Virus record (IMG/VR): IMGVR_UViG_2927464213_000002
Location: 1 to 64,000 of that record
Source: a virus
Taxonomy: Duplodnaviria > Caudoviricetes
DNA: 64,000 nt
Strand: one strand, 5' to 3'
Numbering within the stretch: the first letter of the stretch is position 1; every line of letters begins with the position of its first letter. A program made the position numbers and the translations under genes. The notes beneath the pieces were generated by a model. It was given only the letters and a program-made list of their open reading frames with translations. It made no database searches and was not told the origin of the DNA. Of the stretch, positions 48,834-59,000 are shown piece after piece.

Positions 48834-49165
48834 GTCAGCTCCTTGCCGGGAAGGCCGCCCGTGCGGACGTGCGCTTCGCAGTTGGGGTACACTCGGGCCT
48901 GATCCCGAATGTGCGGGATGATGATCTCGACGCGGGCCAGCTCGGCCTCGCGCTCGGTGGCGTACTGCTTGGCGTTGCTGCGCCAGACGTCCCAGGTGTT
49001 GGCCGTGCCCATCGGGTTGAACCGATCGGTCAGGTACAGCACCTCGCGCTTGCCGCTGTTGTCGGCGGGGATGCCGTTCCACCACACGACGACGAACGTG
49101 TCGGGATTGTTGACGCGGTCGATCGTTGCCTGGGACGGTGGCCGGAAGCCTTCAGGGAACTTCAT
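48830..49165 (-). CDS. hypothetical protein
   Basis: ATGA coupling. Confidence 0.6.
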   Translation of the reverse strand: MKFPEGFRPPSQATIDRVNNPDTFVVVWWNGIPADNSGKREVLYLTDRFNPMGTANTWDVWRSNAKQYATEREAELARVEIIIPHIRDQARVYPNCEAHVRTGGLPGKELT

Positions 49166-49475
49166 CGGCTTGCTCCCGTGGCTTTCCATTCGTGCTTCGG
49201 GCAGTACTGCCAGCACTTCGGCTCCAGCGGGTCCGCGTCACGCAGGGCTTGCGCCTCCTTGTCCGTGACGCGGACCACCTCATCCGAAAGGATGTGTTTC
49301 AGGCACTTCATCTCAGACCCATTTGGCAAATGCCGCACGGCAGGCGCGGGCATCGTTGAAACTGCGAGCAGCGGCGCGGGCGATCCTCATGGACCGCATG
49401 CCGACAGACTCGATGACGCCGTCACGGCGGACGACGAACAGGGTGGGGACGGGGCGTGGGACATTGCGCCGCATG

Positions 49476-49781
49476 TCACGCTCCCGCGCAGGTCAGCGCG
49501 AAGCGGGCGGACCCGACCTTCGCGATGTTCTTGGCGTGGACGAGCTGTCCGTGCTCACGGGCGTCCTTGACGTAGTCCTCGCCCCACTGCAGGGCGAGCG
49601 CCGGAGCGTTTTCCTCGAAGTTGTCCCACTTCACGCGGGCGAAGTCCGGGTTGCTCTCCCAGAACTTCACGAACGTGCCGCGCCGCTGCGGGCCGGCCCC
49701 CGTGAACTGGCCGGTGTTCTTGAGGAAGGCTGCGGCATAGGCGACCCGATCGCCGGGCGCTGGCGCTGATGCGTTTGGCAT
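49476..49781 (-). CDS. hypothetical protein
   Basis: GDRVAY...FL; strong codon bias. Confidence 0.65.
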   Translation of the reverse strand: MPNASAPAPGDRVAYAAAFLKNTGQFTGAGPQRRGTFVKFWESNPDFARVKWDNFEENAPALALQWGEDYVKDAREHGQLVHAKNIAKVGSARFALTCAGA

Positions 49782-49793
49782 TGGATTTCCTGA

Positions 49794-49994
49794 TCAGGTG
49801 CTGATGGGGGACAGCAACTCGCGAAGGGTGTCGGCGCGGGTCCAGCAGTCCGACACATTGCCGACCTCGTTCCATTGGAACGTGTGGGTCAGGGCCTTAT
49901 GTTCGGACGCTTTGATCTCGGCGCCGATCTCGGCCGCGCTCTTGCCGGTGGCCCAGCTGAGCGCGTTGTATCGAGCGTAGGACTGACCGCGCAC
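49794..49994 (-). CDS. hypothetical protein
   Basis: Short ORF in the operon. Confidence 0.55.
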   Translation of the reverse strand: MRGQSYARYNALSWATGKSAAEIGAEIKASEHKALTHTFQWNEVGNVSDCWTRADTLRELLSPIST

Positions 49995-49997
49995 GGC

Positions 49998-50480
49998 TCA
50001 GACCTCCACCACGTTCCAGCCGTGCGGGATGCGACCACGCTCGGCGACCGGCTCGATCGCGGACACGTCGAGCTTGAAGAGGCTGGCGACGCCCTTCAGG
50101 TGATCGGCGAGTCTGTCGTAGTCCCAGCCACGGTGAAACCAGTTGTCGCGCTCGTCGTGAACGCTCTGGAGGCGGGTCAGCAGCCGCTGATGCTCCTTGA
50201 ACCACGGTGGCACGACCTGACCGAAGTGCTCGATCAGATTGTTGAGCGCGTTGCCGCCCGTGTTGGGCTTGTAGAGCGGCATCTCGGACATGTCGTCCAT
50301 CCGCGGATCGTACTTGTCGTCCGGGATGAAGTTGCCGGCGACGCAGCAGCGACCGGTCGGGTCTCTGTAGAGGCAGATGTCGTCGAGGCCAGTCGACGGG
50401 CCGGCGGACGAAGCGAAGAACGCACAGGCGGCGTCGAAAACTTCCTGGGCGGTCGGGGTCTTGTCGAAGAGGTGGGGCAT
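49998..50480 (-). CDS. conserved phage hypothetical protein
   Basis: T.QEVFD, C.YR...G.CC..G..I.D..Y, L..LQ..HD. Confidence 0.7.
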   Translation of the reverse strand: MPHLFDKTPTAQEVFDAACAFFASSAGPSTGLDDICLYRDPTGRCCVAGNFIPDDKYDPRMDDMSEMPLYKPNTGGNALNNLIEHFGQVVPPWFKEHQRLLTRLQSVHDERDNWFHRGWDYDRLADHLKGVASLFKLDVSAIEPVAERGRIPHGWNVVEV

Positions 50481-50564
50481 TGTCGCTCCGTTTGCGTTTG
50501 CGCTATTTGCATTCAAGCGAAGCGGAAGGCAAGCGCAAATTTGCCGTTCCGTGCTTTTCCGGTG

Positions 50565-50674
50565 TGACTGGGGGAGGGCTCGAACCTCCGGCACGTCGCA
50601 TGTCCAGCGTCGATGCTGGCAATCCCATCAAAGGGCGCCGCCTCACCGTTCCCGTTTCCTTGGGGAGCCCAGTC
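50565..50674 (-). ncRNA. tRNA-like RNA (110 nt) with a non-canonical central domain
   Basis: Acceptor stem GACTGGG/CCCAGTC plus A; T arm GGAGG-TTCGAGC-CCTCC; D-like hairpin TCCC/GGGA. Confidence 0.6.
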
Positions 50675-50760
50675 GTCGATTTCGTCCGCTAACTCAGTGA
50701 GTTAGGGTCATAATGCGGCCACCTTCTCGTGAGATAAGGAGGCTGTTCTGAGGTGCAGAT

Positions 50761-51000
50761 TCAGCGCCCCGGAAATTCGAGAATAATTCCCGAGAAAATG
50801 GGCCGCGGAACAATAACCGGACGGCCCGGGGTATTTTCGAAGGCCGCCTCCAGCTCCTCGATCGTGCCCATGAGCACGGGGACCGAGGCTCCTCTCTGGG
50901 AGAGGACACAGGCCGCCTCAGCCAGTATTGCCGACTGGACGGGGGTGATGCCGGACCTGCCTGAGTAGGCACGGTACAGCGCATCGAGACGAGCACGCAT
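50761..51000 (-). CDS. hypothetical protein
   Basis: GGAGG RBS. Confidence 0.5.
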   Translation of the reverse strand: MRARLDALYRAYSGRSGITPVQSAILAEAACVLSQRGASVPVLMGTIEELEAAFENTPGRPVIVPRPIFSGIILEFPGR

Positions 51001-51534
51001 CGGTTCCTCCGGTGATGTGAGACGGGGCGGAAAGCCCTGCGAGACAGGCACTTCCCAGCAAGACGACGAACGAGATCGGGGCCGCCAATCGAGGGCCGCC
51101 GGCGCAACTCAATCCCAAGCCAGTGACACTCAGGCAGGGAGAGATGCAGGGGACAGAGAGGGAGGGAGAGGCACTGTACCTGGCCTCATCGACCTCGCCG
51201 GTCAGACGCAGATTCTCGACTTTCGGATGCAAACGGCCTGCAAACCGCAGAAGTTGGCCGCGTCGACCTTACCCCAAACATAAAAGGGGATTTGCATTTT
51301 CCCGATTTCCAGCCCTATCGGACACTAAATCTAGTGCCGTACATGCCAAAATCGGTACCTCAGTCCGCAAATCAGGGGGTGGAGAGCCCATTTTCAGGGG
51401 TCCACCCACTAGATGTCGAATATTCAGGGGTGCAGCGATCCCATCAGGATGCCAGCGAAGGCGAACGCCATCAGTATCAGGGCGCCGGTTGCGAGATCCA
51501 CGCGGGTGTTGAGCAACTTCATCATGGCGGATCC

Positions 51535-51876
51535 TCAGGCGTACCTGGCGAGGGGCTTCTCGCTCACGGGGTGGTGGACGGTGCCGTCCTTGATGGTCAC
51601 GCGATCGGCGGACCAGACGGTTGCGGGGGCGTTCAGCGAGGCGTGGCGCATGGCGAAGGTGACGTCGCCGAAGGGTTCGCACTCGGACCGGCCTGACCGG
51701 AACGTTTGAACGATGAAGCGGGGCACCTCGGTACGGGGCTTGGCCTGTGTGACCGTGGGGCGGGTCGCGGGTTTTTCCCGAGGGTCAGGAAAAACTCGAG
51801 GAGCGGTCGCGTCCGCTTTCTGGATGGTCGCGGTCACGAGCGAGCGCAGGTATCCGGTCTGACGAGCGGTCAGCAT
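51535..51876 (-). CDS. hypothetical protein
   Basis: GGAG RBS. Confidence 0.55.
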   Translation of the reverse strand: MLTARQTGYLRSLVTATIQKADATAPRVFPDPREKPATRPTVTQAKPRTEVPRFIVQTFRSGRSECEPFGDVTFAMRHASLNAPATVWSADRVTIKDGTVHHPVSEKPLARYA

Positions 51877-51911
51877 GGCGTGGTCTCCGGTGGGTATGGG
51901 GTGGAGCGCGT

Positions 51912-52265
51912 TCAGCGCTGAGCGAAGCGAGCCTTGCGACGGGCATAGCCGGGCGTCGGAGGCTGGAAGCGGGGGCCTACGAAGGGCGTGTAACGCAGGT
52001 GGGGCTCCTTGGCCTCGAAGTGCGTCTCAGCCCATGTGCGGCGTGCCAGCTCGATCCTGTGCATGCCGGCGAGTGTGTCCGGGCTGACGTCCGCCTCCGG
52101 GATCATGAGGCGGGTTTCAGCCAGTGTGGTCTTGGCCTCGTCGCCGCTCTTGGGGGTGATCAGCATTTCCCGACCACCCGGAAAATTTGAAGCCAGCCAG
52201 TCCGCGTCAGACAGGGGGCGGGGGGTCGTTTTCGCATTGGCGAATGCACGATTTTTCCGGGGCAT
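51912..52265 (-). CDS. hypothetical protein
   Basis: GGAG upstream of MPRKN. Confidence 0.5.
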   Translation of the reverse strand: MPRKNRAFANAKTTPRPLSDADWLASNFPGGREMLITPKSGDEAKTTLAETRLMIPEADVSPDTLAGMHRIELARRTWAETHFEAKEPHLRYTPFVGPRFQPPTPGYARRKARFAQR

Positions 52266-52287
52266 GCTCACACTCCGTGGAGGGCAC

Positions 52288-52316
52288 AAAAAAGGCCCCC
52301 GGCGGTGAGGCCGGGA
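52288..52316 (-). terminator. intrinsic terminator
   Basis: CCCGGC-CTCACC-GCCGGG hairpin followed by a T6 tract. Confidence 0.65.
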
Positions 52317-52349
52317 ACCTTGCGATTTGCGGGGGCGAGTGGCGGGGGC

Positions 52350-53381
52350 TTAGGCCGCCTTGCGCTTCCGGGACTTCTTTGCGGGGGCTTCCGCCGTGGT
52401 CTCTTCCGCCTTGCCCTCTTCCGCCGGGGCTTCCGGAGCGGGCCGGGGCAGGAGCAGAATGACGTTTTCCGCAGTGGGGGCTTCCGCCGAAACCGACGCG
52501 CCGACCTTGGCGTTAATGTGCGCCTGAAGCGTCATTAGTGCATCGATCGAAAGCGTATCAACCGCCGCCATGATGGCCGCCAGTTTCTCGCTTTCGGTCA
52601 ACGGGGCGGGGGCTTCCGCTTCCGCCGACTCGGGGGCAGTGGCTTCCGCCTTGGCTTCCGCCTTGTCGTCGCCGCCCTTGTCCGCCTTGTCCGCCTTGGC
52701 CATGTCGTGCCATTCGGCCAAGCGGGATTGCATGATACCCCACTGCCCGGAAAGCAATTCGCCAACCTTGGCGTTCCACATGGTTTCGGCCGACTCGACC
52801 GACGCGGCGCGGGCACATTCCAGAATGACCGGCGCGTGGTTCAGGCGCATGAAAGAGGCAAGGCGCGTTCCGTAGGTCCGGAGCGTTTGCAGGGAGTCGA
52901 TAAGCTTGACGTTGACCGGCTTACCGTTGCTGCCAGTGGCGCCGGTATGCTTCAGTTTCACGTATTCCGACGCCAGCTTGTTCCGCTCGCTTTCGGCCGC
53001 CTTGAGTGCATCGCCCGAAAGCCGGTCAAAGCTTGCGGTAGCGGACATGATCGCCGCCGCATGGGACTCGGTGCCGCGCCAAATCATCTTGCCAGCCTTG
53101 GCGACCGGAACCAAAATGTCGCGGGTGAAAATCCACGCGTCTTTCTGCGGATCATAGTTGTTATCCGTCAGAACGGCGCGGATTTGCTCGCCGCAAAGGT
53201 TCAGCGCCAGCATGGTGACGGCGTTGTAGGTCGACGACTCGGCCGCGCCAAGCGACTTAATCGCAAGGTCCGCCGCACGAGTCTGGATCGTATCGGCATA
53301 CTTTTCCGTTGCGGACTGCAACACGTTGGTTTCTGCCATCTCTTGCGCGGTAGCGGCGCGGGTATCGGTAGCGGTAGCCAT
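52350..53381 (-). CDS. Ala-rich hypothetical protein, first gene of the leftward arm
   Basis: 343-aa ORF with its own terminator and an AT-rich upstream region. Confidence 0.75.
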   Translation of the reverse strand: MATATDTRAATAQEMAETNVLQSATEKYADTIQTRAADLAIKSLGAAESSTYNAVTMLALNLCGEQIRAVLTDNNYDPQKDAWIFTRDILVPVAKAGKMIWRGTESHAAAIMSATASFDRLSGDALKAAESERNKLASEYVKLKHTGATGSNGKPVNVKLIDSLQTLRTYGTRLASFMRLNHAPVILECARAASVESAETMWNAKVGELLSGQWGIMQSRLAEWHDMAKADKADKGGDDKAEAKAEATAPESAEAEAPAPLTESEKLAAIMAAVDTLSIDALMTLQAHINAKVGASVSAEAPTAENVILLLPRPAPEAPAEEGKAEETTAEAPAKKSRKRKAA

Positions 53382-54367
53382 TTTCGTTTCGCCTTTCTCG
53401 TTTCGCCCCCGTCTTTTCCAGACCATCCGGAAAAATCCGAGGTTTTGGCATGGCTCTCCCGTTCTCTGCGAAGGTCATTCGCGAGGTGGAAAAACGCGCG
53501 GGAAAGCCCGCTTGCCTCTCCCGCTATATGCGGGCACAAAATCACCATACGAAACGAGACTTGAGTTTAGAAGCACGAAAAAACAGTAGTAAAATCAATT
53601 GTTTGCAAGGAAAAAATCGGGGTTTTGTATTCCCTCGAAACAAAATCGAGCAAAGAAAATGTAAGCAAATCAATTCGTTAGCATGTATGCAAACGATGAT
53701 TCCAATTCAGAAAAATGATAGATCTAGACAATGGAAAGATTGAGATCGAAACGAGAACAAACATTCAACTATGGTATGATTGACAAGGGTTTCCCAGCAC
53801 TCGAATCGATACCCCTACCAAAGTCTAATTTTTTATTGGACATGGGACTGGGTTGGCCAATACCCATCAACTTCGCACCGCTAAAAGGCCATTTCCCCCA
53901 ATCGACTGGGCGATGATATGAAACTTGGGCCTGAGCTTTGAAATCCAGGGCCGTGGGAGGCTCTGCGGCCCGCCTATGTAGGTTCCGAGGGGTGAAACGG
54001 GCGGCCCTTCCTGGGCCTTCCCTGGGTTTTGGGGGGCGTTTACATTACCACAAATCCGAGGCCGCGAAAAGCGGTATGCCCTTCCAAAAGACCCCCCTGT
54101 TTTGGGGCCCCACGGCCACCGCCGCACTGGCAAAAGGGGATTTGTCCCGTGTCCTGGGACGTGGGACAGCCGACCTGAATTGCCGCATGGGTAGCGAGGG
54201 CTTCGCCCTGGAATAACAGACCAGTCACCGCCGCGGCCGGCGCGCGGCAGCGAGACCTCGGGCTGGGGGCCATGGGGTGAGATCTCGCCGTCGTGGGGTG
54301 GTTGGGGTTCTCAGCCTTGGAGGAGCTGAGGTCTTCATCGAACGCTCATTCAGGCCGCTCGTCAATG

Positions 54368-54627
54368 GTAAGCGCGAATTTCTCCGCACCTTTTGCTTTT
54401 GAGTGCCCTGATGCATGAGGTGTCCACCAAAATAGGTGGACACCTTGTGATGAGCGACGATGATCAGAAACTGCGGGTCAGGCTTGTCGGCCGGAACGGT
54501 CGCCGGCGCTACGAGGCGGCCTCGAAAGAGCGTCTTGTCGCGGCCTGCCTTGAGCCTGGGGTTTCGGTATCGAGGCTTGCACTCGAACATGGGGTCAACG
54601 CGAACCTCCTTCGGAAGTGGATCAAGA
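54368..54627 (+). mobile_element. tnpA: IS66-family remnant: left IR plus truncated tnpA (starts at 54450)
   Basis: GTAAGCG terminus; GRRRY....K..LV..CL.PGVSVSRLALEHGVNANLLRKW; flanked by the 8-bp repeat CGTCAATG. Confidence 0.85.
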
Positions 54628-54889
54628 CGTCAATGAGCATGGGGTCATTCTTGAGCCGCGGCCTACGGGTGGGAATGACCACGACGATCGCCACGCTGAT
54701 CGACCACGACAAAGCGGCGGCCTATTACACGTGAAGATGCTCTTCACGATCCGTTGGCTTGAGCGGCCCCCCTTCGTGCGGTGGGCTCTCCTCACCTGGG
54801 CCACGAAGCCTGGGCGCGGCGGACCGCGGCCGGCGAGCACTTCGCGCTACCGAAATCTCGGCTGGCTGCCGAACAGATGGACGACATTG

Positions 54890-55012
54890 CCAACGCGCAT
54901 CGGCGCGGCTGGCCGACTTCATGGCTGCGGATCTGTCCGCGCTCGACCTTCTGGTGGTCGAAATCGACGGGGTGCATCCCGGCGACGATCTTGTGGTGGT
55001 GGCCGCGACCGG
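54890..55012 (+). pseudogene. IS256-like transposase fragment
   Basis: ARLADFMAADLSALDLLVVEIDGVH..DDLVVVAA.G (first DDE Asp region). Confidence 0.55.
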
Positions 55013-55215
55013 GTTAGGGCCGCGTCTAACCGACCACTTCCAAAGCCATAATCACTGTACTGCTAGAACTAGTAGGTTCGCTGTTCTCAGTTCCCAGCTA
55101 AGCAAGTAGAGCCGTTTTGGAAGAAACCTGTCCTGAACATAAGGCCAGAAGGACCTGAAAAGTGCAATTGACGGTGCTAAGCAAGTCAGGAACTCGCAGA
55201 AAATGGAGAACAAGC

Positions 55216-55824
55216 ATGGCAAACTTACGCCAGGACGACAAGTCTACACCAGGAGCAGATGATGCAGCTCGCCGTGCCGGCGAGCGGGCTGCCGAGCAGA
55301 CTAGCCGTACCGGACAAGCTGCAGCTGATCAGACCGCGCATGTTGGACAAGGTGCCGCTCAAGCCGGAGAAGAAACGGCCCGATCAACTTCCGACTTTCT
55401 TAAGCAGAACCTCGAGACGGTGCAGAACGCATGGCGGATCGGCCTGGAAGCGACGACCTTAGCCGTGGGACGCTCTACCGAGCAACTTGGACGCACGCTC
55501 GGCGTCTCAGGAGAAGGGGTGCAACAGGCAAAAAAGGCAACGGAACGGTCGGCGCGCAATGCGCAAAAGATCCTTTCCACCAGTAATGCTGCTGCCAAAG
55601 TGATGAATGGAATTTCTGAAGAGTACAGCCAGATGGTTCGGCATCAAGTCGGGAAGAACATGGACTACATCAGCGAGCTGTGGACCTCGCGGACCCCTCA
55701 GGAATTTGTAGCCGCACAAAGTGATATTGTGCGGGAGTCTGTGGAAATTGCTCTGGAGGGTAGTCGTCGGATCGCCGACCTGTCGCTCAAAGTGGCCGAG
55801 GAAACCGGAAAGCAGATCAAGTGA
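55216..55824 (+). CDS. phasin-family protein
   Basis: Ala/Gln-rich N-terminus; L...RTPQEFVAAQSD.VR. Confidence 0.8.
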   Translation: MANLRQDDKSTPGADDAARRAGERAAEQTSRTGQAAADQTAHVGQGAAQAGEETARSTSDFLKQNLETVQNAWRIGLEATTLAVGRSTEQLGRTLGVSGEGVQQAKKATERSARNAQKILSTSNAAAKVMNGISEEYSQMVRHQVGKNMDYISELWTSRTPQEFVAAQSDIVRESVEIALEGSRRIADLSLKVAEETGKQIK

Positions 55825-56015
55825 AGTATGGAAGGAGTCCGATTGCCCCATGGGAGCGTTCTTCGTTGTAGTCGCCGCGCTTCCCCAGACAGCGCTCGTC
55901 GGATGGCTGCGCCGGGCTGTGTTGCTGGGCTGCGGCCTGATTCCGGTCCTTCGTGCCCGAGGCCCAGGCCGTCGGCGTGAGCCGCTCCAGCCTGAGCTAT
56001 CCGCCCACGGCGACA

Positions 56016-59000
56016 TCAACCCCTGAGTCGGTTCTGCAGCGCCTGCCGATTGGCAACGACGTTGCTAAGGTTCAGCTGGTCTGGCTCCCATCCTTGCGCC
56101 AATTGCCTAACCAGCTCCCGCGTGCCGTCCACGACAAAGACGCCGCAATCATAAGTGTTCTGCTGCTGGGCCATGTCGGCTAGCTCCAGGGGGAGGTTCA
56201 GCCTTCTTGCGAGATGTGCTGCATCTCTGTTGTTGAGTCCGCCGTAGGAATCGTAGTGATAGGCGACCGGCCGCCACCGGTCGCTGCGATCTACGAACAG
56301 CAGCGACCAATGGTTGCCGCGGCTATTAGGATCTTCAGGATTGCCATTAATCACGGGCAGGAACAGGAAGTCGGCTGTATCATTACCATTATCGTCATAG
56401 ACGATGCGCTGGAACTCGGTTAGCACGACGCCATCGTCGTTAGAGCGCAGATAATTTAGGGCGATGAGGGGATTCACGAACCGCGTCCGGGCGGCGAGAT
56501 CCGGATCGTTCCTCTGCAAATCCTGCTCCTGGAGCCCGTAATCCCTGTCGATATGCTGGTCGCCCAGCCATTCTGTGTCATCGAGCACCAGCCCGTGGCC
56601 GTGAGACGAGACTGTCGGATCTAAAGCCCCGATCTGAGCATTAGCGGAGGTGCTCGGAAACGGGCGTACAGAATTAGCATCGTCACGTGATTCGGACGGC
56701 GTGGGCGCAGTCAGATCGACCAATGGAAAACCGCGGTAGGCGTCTGAGCGAGCCCTGGCAAAAGGCGCCGCCGCAAAGTGAGCATCGTCGCGCAACTCGG
56801 ACGGCGTGGGCGCATCCAGATGCACCAATGACTCAAGACCGCCGTAGGTGTCTGAGCGAGCCCTGGCAGCGGGCGCCGGCGCAAAGTGAGCATCGTCGCG
56901 TAATTCGGACGGCGTGGGCGCATCCAGATGCACCAATGACTCAAGACCGCCGTAGGTGTCTGAGCGAGCCCTGGCAGCGGGCGCCGGCGCAAAGTGAGCA
57001 TCGTCGCGCAATTCGGACGGCGTGGGCGCATCCAGATGCACCAATGACTCAAGACCGCCGTAGGTGCCTGAGCGAGCCCTGGCAGCGGGCGCCGCCGCAA
57101 AGTGAGCATCGTCGCGCAACTCGGACGGCGTGGGCGCATCCAGATGCACCAATGACTCAAGACCGCCGTAGGTGCCTGAGCGAGCCCTGGCAGCCGGCGC
57201 CGGCGCTGCTTCCAGCGTCGGCCACATACTCCAATCAAAGTCGAGCGGCATCTGCGGCGACCAGGTTGAGGCGGACCACGCAGGTTGCTGCCGTCCAGCT
57301 TGGACTATGTCCTGCGCCTGCCCAGGGGGAACCTCGGGCCACGATGGGCCGTCTTTCCCCATCAAACGCAGATCCCGATCGTAACCTTCCGGGAGGACCA
57401 ATGGCCGACTGACAGCTCCCTGCGGCGCGCTGTGCTGCGCGGCGGCGCCCGCGACGTACGTCGCGGCCGCATGCGGCGCCGTTGCATCTTCGTGCCCGCT
57501 CGCCTGCATCATCGGCTGCGCATGCCATGGCGATGCACCCTGTTGATGGGTGGGGGCCGGGGTCGCGGCGATCTCGCTCAGCAGCCGCTCAATAGCAAGG
57601 CCTTGCGGATTGTCTAGGGTCCTCGGCCTCTTCGCTGGCCTTAACTCAGCTGCATCCTGTTCATCGTTGATGAGGATCTCCTCGCTTGGCGGGAGGTTGC
57701 TCCTGGCAAGTGCAGCCATCGGCTCTTCCGAGAACTGCTGGCCGTCCCGGCGCCAGTTCAGGGGACGAATGGAATCTCCGGGATCCGATGCCTGGTCGTG
57801 CCGCGCGACTGGCTCGAGAGATGACGACGGGCCGGGTTCGTCCATCAGCCCCAAAACCAAATCCTGCTCGTGGCGTTCCGCAGGAAGCAGTTTCTCTGGC
57901 CAACTGCCAACTTCCTGCGAGCTGTGCTGCGCTGCGGCGTCGCCGGCCCGCCTCGGCTCCATCAGTGCCGCGCCTTCGGGATCAGGACCGGGGGAAATAT
58001 AGCGCTCGCGCTCCATCGCTTTAGCGCCCGCCTGTGATTTTCGGAGTTGACCTAATGCGGCATCGATCGTCCGGATGCCACCGAAGTCCTTTTTATAGGC
58101 CTCGACATCTTCATCCAACGCCCCGCCGGAAAGCCGAGTAGCAATGCCCTTCTTGTTATTTTCACGCAGGTGGTGACCGAAACTGCGAAGAGCAGTCGCA
58201 TACACACCGCCGGTACTTGTCGCTGCTTCGTTTTGGTACTCTATGATGAGAGCCGCGTCCTGGAGGTAAGGATTTAGCTCAGTGGTGGCTGTGACCGTCA
58301 CTCCGCCCGTCGACTGAAAGGTCCGGAGAAGACCTATTGACCTAATAAGGAGGCGACTGCCCTTACCCTTTTCGATGAACTCACGCGCATCATCGGTCAG
58401 CGACTCTTTTTCGAGCCGATCAACAATGCTCGTTTTGTTATTTGCCAAGAGCCAGCGGCCAAAGGCGCGAAGCGGGCCTACAAGGTCTTTGGCGGTGCGT
58501 TCGGCGGCGTTGCCACTGCGGAGGGCCTCCTCAAGCCCCGAAATAAGGGGAGCATCCTCGGAATAAAGAGGCTTCCTCCGCCCTCTCAAAATCCCAGTTG
58601 ACTGAGCCGGCTGCGGCGCCGACGACGACGGGCCGGGTTCGTCCATCCGGCCCAAATCCTGATCGTGGCCTTCCGCAGGAAGAAATTCCTCTGGCCAACT
58701 GCCAGCTTGCTGCGACGCACTGTGCTGCGCAGCGGCGTCGCCGACCTGCATCGACTCCATCAGGGCCGCGTCTTTGGGATCAATATGCCGCTCGAGCTCC
58801 ATCGCGTTAGCGCCGGCCTGCGATTTTCGGAGTTGAGCCAGAGCGGCACCGATCCTCGAATCAGCACCGGCGCCCTTCTTATAGCTATTGATATCTTCAT
58901 CCAACGCCCCGCCGGAAAGCCGAGTAGCAATGCCCTTCTTGTTATTTTCACGCAGGTAGTGACCGAAACTGCGAAGAGCAGTTGCATACATCCGGCCGGT

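Noticed and set aside
50675-50720. Hammerhead ribozyme (stem followed by GACGAAA; similar at 47584)
   Set aside because: The required CUGANGA core is absent
56680-57200. CRISPR or DGR-like repeat
   Set aside because: In-frame 108-bp coding repeats within the effector; no spacers and no reverse transcriptase in the window
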